Assembly: GCA_038208905.1 (NCBI GenBank)
Contig: JBBQYG010000014.1
Span: forward strand, 1 to 40,323
DNA from: Candidatus Sumerlaeia bacterium
GTDB taxonomy: Bacteria > Sumerlaeota > Sumerlaeia > SLMS01
Direction of reading: 5' to 3'
Length of the DNA: 40,323 bases
Each line of letters starts with the position of its first letter. The first letter of the stretch is position 1. This document shows positions 36,845-40,323 of the stretch, piece after piece. The position numbers were made by a program, and so were the translations under genes. The notes below the pieces were generated by a model. That model saw nothing but the letters and a program-made list of their open reading frames with translations. It made no database searches and was not told where the DNA came from.

Positions 36845-37864
36845 TCAACGCCCCGCCTTCTTCGCCTCCGCCGCCGTGACTTCCGCGCGCGCCAGCTCCA
36901 TATCCGAATCGATCATCATTTTGATCAGCTCCACAAAAGACACGCGCGGCGTCCAGCCGAGGACGCGCTTGGCCTTGGAGGGGTCGCCTTGGAGGTAGTC
37001 CACCTCGCTCGGGCGGTAGTAGCGCTCGTCGATGGAGACATACTTCTCCCAGTCGAGGCCAAGGTGGCTGAAGGCGACCTCCAGCAATTCCCGGACGCTG
37101 TGGGCCTCGCCGGTGGCGACCACATAGTCGTCGGCCTTCTCCTGCTGCATCATCAGCCACATGGCCTCCGCATAGTCGCCGGCAAATCCCCAGTCACGCT
37201 TGGCATCCAGATTCCCCATGTAGAGCCGGTCCTGCAGGCCGAGCTTGATACGCGATGCCGCGAGCGTTACCTTGCGTGTCACAAAGGACTCCCCGCGGCG
37301 GGGCGACTCGTGATTGAACAGGACGCCGTTGCTGGCGTGCAGGCCGTATGCCTCGCGGTAGTTGATCGTCTGCCAATAGGAGAACACCTTGGCCACCGCA
37401 TAGGGGCTGCGCGGGTGAAACGGGGTGTTCTCGCCCTGGGGCTCCGCCTGTACGCCGCCATACATCTCGGAGGAGGACGCCTGGTAGAAACGGGCCTTCG
37501 GCGTCACGCGGCGAAAGGCCTCAAGCAGACGCAGCGTCCCCACGCCCGTCACGTCGGCGGTGTACTCCGGCACGTCGAACGATACGCGGACGTGGCTCTG
37601 GGCGCCCAGATTGTAGATCTCGTCGGGACGCACCTGCTCCAGCACACTCTGAAGGCTGCTCGAATCCGTCAGGTCGCCATAGTGCAGGAACACCCGCGCC
37701 CCGGCGGCGTGCTCGTCCCCGTGCAAGTGGTCGATGCGCTGGCGGTTCATCGTGGAGGCGCGCCGGACGACGCCGTGGACCTCGTATTCCTTTTCGAGGA
37801 GCAACTCCGCGAGGTAGCTGCCGTCCTGGCCGGTGATCCCGGTGATGAGTGCCTTCTTGCGCAT
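36845..37864 (-). CDS. gmd: GDP-mannose 4,6-dehydratase
   Basis: [61 protein letters not shown]. Confidence 0.98.
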   Translation of the reverse strand: MRKKALITGITGQDGSYLAELLLEKEYEVHGVVRRASTMNRQRIDHLHGDEHAAGARVFLHYGDLTDSSSLQSVLEQVRPDEIYNLGAQSHVRVSFDVPEYTADVTGVGTLRLLEAFRRVTPKARFYQASSSEMYGGVQAEPQGENTPFHPRSPYAVAKVFSYWQTINYREAYGLHASNGVLFNHESPRRGESFVTRKVTLAASRIKLGLQDRLYMGNLDAKRDWGFAGDYAEAMWLMMQQEKADDYVVATGEAHSVRELLEVAFSHLGLDWEKYVSIDERYYRPSEVDYLQGDPSKAKRVLGWTPRVSFVELIKMMIDSDMELARAEVTAAEAKKAGR

Positions 37865-38064
37865 ATCGAAGCGGTCAATCCTGGTGGCGTTCCGCCGTGA
37901 CGACGGGAGCGCGAAGGATTCCCACGGCGCGGGAGGCGGTCAAGGGGTGCGGCAGAGAGAATGCAGATGATTGGCCCGGCGATTTGGCCTTGCGGGGGCC
38001 GCCCGCATTCCCTGCGGCTCTTTTAGATTGATCGGCCGTTGGGCCGAACCAAACAGGGACCTCC

Positions 38065-38526
38065 ATGATTTCGCGCAAGTCGAAGTATGGGCTGATCGCA
38101 GTCCTCCATCTCGCGCGCTACCATGGGCGCGGCGCCCGGCTTATCAGCGAGATCGCCCAGGCGGAGAATCTTCCCCGGAAGTTTCTGGAGGCGATCCTTC
38201 TGGAACTCCGCAACGCAGGATTCCTCGACAGCAAGAAGGGCCGCGGCGGGGGCTATGTGCTGGCCCGCGCGCCGGAGGGCCTCCGCGTTGGCGACATGAT
38301 TCGTGTGCTCGACGGCCCATTGGCACCGCTGCGCTGCGCCAGCGCCTCCTCCCCGGTGCTTTGCACCGACTGCAAGGACCCTCAGGTGTGCAGCGTCCGC
38401 GCGCTGATGATGGACACGCGCGACGCCATTTCCGAAGTGCTCGACAAGACAACGGTGGCCGATCTCGTCGCTCGCGCGGACCGCATGAGTCTGCGCGGGG
38501 CGAAGGTGCTTTCCTTCGAGATATGA
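38065..38526 (+). CDS. Rrf2-family transcriptional regulator (CymR/IscR-like)
   Basis: KYGL..VLHLA, ISEIAQAENLPRKFLEAIL, SKKGRGGGYVLAR, LDGPLAPLRC...CTDC....C, C-terminal FEI. Confidence 0.92.
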   Translation: MISRKSKYGLIAVLHLARYHGRGARLISEIAQAENLPRKFLEAILLELRNAGFLDSKKGRGGGYVLARAPEGLRVGDMIRVLDGPLAPLRCASASSPVLCTDCKDPQVCSVRALMMDTRDAISEVLDKTTVADLVARADRMSLRGAKVLSFEI

Positions 38527-38718
38527 CTCTCGCCGGCCGGGTCGTTGACGGAACGAGGTCGCCCACCTTGGGTTTTCTGCCCATCCACGATGTCATCCGG
38601 CCCCCATCGAGGCAGTTCGCGGCCCCGGCGCACTCCCCCTTGCTCTCCCGCCGCCTTGCTCCCCTAATCCCCACCGCGCGGGGATCAGCCTGCGGCCACC
38701 CCCCGCTGGGAGTTCCCT

Positions 38719-40323
38719 GTGCCTGTGCTTTTTCCCGAGTCCCTTCGCAATCGGCTGTCGGCAATCTTCGAGGAGGCGTTCGAGAAGGCCGGGGCTCCGC
38801 GAGAGCACGCGGCGGTGGTGGTTTCCCAGAAGCCGGAGCTGGGCGATTTCCAGTGCAACGGCGCGATGCCCAGCAGCAAGGCGCTGAAGCGCAACCCGCG
38901 CGAGATCGCCGACGCCGCCGTGGCCGCCGTGGGGTCGCATCCGGCCATCGCCCAGATCACCATTGCCGGACCGGGGTTCATCAACATCCGCGTGGCCGAC
39001 GAGTTTCTGGCGGCGGGGGTGGAGTCGGCTCGCGTGGATGGGCGCCTTGGCCTGACCGCCGTGGCGGAGCCGATCCGCATGATCGTGGACTTTGGCGGGC
39101 CCAACGTGGCCAAGCCGATGCATGTGGGGCACCTGCGTTCCACGATCATTGGCGACGCGCTCCAGCGGCTCTTCAAGTTCCTCGGCCACGACGTCCTCAG
39201 CGACATCCACCTGGGCGACTGGGGCACCCAGATGGGGATGCTGATCGAGGCGGTGAAGCGGGAGAATCCGCTCCTGCCGTACTTCAAGAGCAACTACGCC
39301 TTCGACCACGTGCTGGAGCCGGTGGTCACCATCGACGACCTCCAGCGGATGTATCCCGAGGCATCGGCGCTCTGTAAGTCCGACCCGCGCCTACTGGCGG
39401 GCGCACAGAAGGCGACGGCGGAATTGCAGGGCGGCCATCGCGGCTACCGCGCGCTCTGGCGCCATTTCGTGGATGTCTCCAACGCGGGGCAGAGCGCCGA
39501 TTTCGAGGCGCTTGGCGTGCGATTCGACCAGTGGTTCGGAGAGAGCCGCTATGACGCAACGCTGACGCGGCTGGTGGACGATCTTCGCGCGACGGGGCAT
39601 GTGCGGGAGGACGCCGGGGCGCTGATCATCGACGTGGCGGAGCCAACGGACAAGGCGGAGATCCCACCGATGCTCCTGGTGAAGTCCGACGGCGGGTTCC
39701 TCTATGCCACCACCGACATGGCCACCATCGCGGAGCGCGTCGGCGAGTTTCGCGCGCGCCTGGTCCTGTATGTGGTGGACAAGCGCCAGAGCCTCCACTT
39801 CGTCCAGCTCTTCCGCGCCGCGCGCAAGACGGGGCTCGACCAGGGCGCCGCGCTGGAGCACCTCCCCTTTGGCACGATGAACGGATCGGACGGCACGCCG
39901 TTCAAGACGCGCTCCGGCGGCGTGATGCGGCTCCGCGATTTGATCGACATGATGACGACGGAGGCCACTCGCCGCATGGACGAGGGCGGCATCGCGGCGG
40001 AGCTGGACCCGGTGGAGCGCGCCGAAATCGCCCGCCGCGTCGGCATCGCGTCGCTCAAGTACGCCGACCTCCAGAACCCCCGCGCCAACGACTACATCTT
40101 CGACCCCGAGAAGTTCACCCGCTTCGAGGGCCGCACGGGCGCCTACCTCTGCTATGCGGCGGTGCGCATCAAGTCGATCCTGCGCAACGCTGGCGAGAAG
40201 GGCTTTCAGCCCGGCAAGATCATCCCCGCCAGCCTACCGGCGGAGCGCGCCCTCCAGCTCCAACTCGCCCTCCTCCCCGACGCCATCGCCTCCGCCGCCG
40301 AAGCGCGGGGGCCCCACCACCTC
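38719..40323 (+). CDS. argS: Arginine--tRNA ligase (partial, runs off window end; absent from the ORF track)
   Basis: GTG at 38719 with GGGAG upstream; GDFQCNGAM, AGPGFINI, HIGH motif GGPNVAKPMHVGHLRSTIIGD, HLGDWGTQMG, KSDG..LYATTD, YVVDKRQ, FKTRSG. Confidence 0.97.
   Translation, partial: MPVLFPESLRNRLSAIFEEAFEKAGAPREHAAVVVSQKPELGDFQCNGAMPSSKALKRNPREIADAAVAAVGSHPAIAQITIAGPGFINIRVADEFLAAGVESARVDGRLGLTAVAEPIRMIVDFGGPNVAKPMHVGHLRSTIIGDALQRLFKFLGHDVLSDIHLGDWGTQMGMLIEAVKRENPLLPYFKSNYAFDHVLEPVVTIDDLQRMYPEASALCKSDPRLLAGAQKATAELQGGHRGYRALWRHFVDVSNAGQSADFEALGVRFDQWFGESRYDATLTRLVDDLRATGHVREDAGALIIDVAEPTDKAEIPPMLLVKSDGGFLYATTDMATIAERVGEFRARLVLYVVDKRQSLHFVQLFRAARKTGLDQGAALEHLPFGTMNGSDGTPFKTRSGGVMRLRDLIDMMTTEATRRMDEGGIAAELDPVERAEIARRVGIASLKYADLQNPRANDYIFDPEKFTRFEGRTGAYLCYAAVRIKSILRNAGEKGFQPGKIIPASLPAERALQLQLALLPDAIASAAEARGPHHL

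Noticed and set aside
38527-38718. Possible T-box leader upstream of argS
   Set aside because: No GGTGGNACCGCG T-box sequence or leader terminator is visible.
37971-39377. 468-aa ORF spanning the Rrf2 gene and beyond
   Set aside because: Wrong frame. The real genes are the Rrf2 regulator and argS, which is missing from the track because it has no stop in the window.

Overview
This is a GC-rich bacterial chromosomal window. The pilin-like gene (GFTLIELLIVVAIIAILAAIAVPNFLEAQTR...YDPSNGTLSKGDI) and the FGFW-type surface-protein domains suggest Candidatus Sumerlaeota (BRC1) or a relative; that placement is an inference from memory, not a search. The window opens on the 3' end of a 5S rRNA and its terminator and closes inside argS. 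Housekeeping genes include mutS2, an S41 peptidase, tpiA, gmd, an Rrf2 regulator and argS. Envelope and glycan genes include ArnT-like, PAP2, LptF/G, a GT-B glycosyltransferase and two radical SAM enzymes. There is also a pilin with a PilH/PilI-like ABC module, an ECF sigma/TPR anti-sigma pair and a 2015-aa subtilase. No CRISPR array, prophage, tRNA or transposase was seen. The most notable observations are: (1) a PurE domain fused through a Pro/Thr-rich linker to a TsaC/YrdC domain lacking its KxR and SxN motifs; (2) a DegT-family protein with Arg in place of the PLP lysine; (3) two further apparent pseudoenzymes (transglutaminase-like and M1-peptidase-like); (4) apparently circularly permuted cohesin-like and Cys-rich modules in the giant subtilase; (5) an IscU-like protein with a C-terminal CxxCxxC; (6) a MITE whose end overlaps a stop codon; and (7) intergenic inverted arrays with a 9-nt period. 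All family assignments come from reading motifs by eye and need HMM or structural confirmation.
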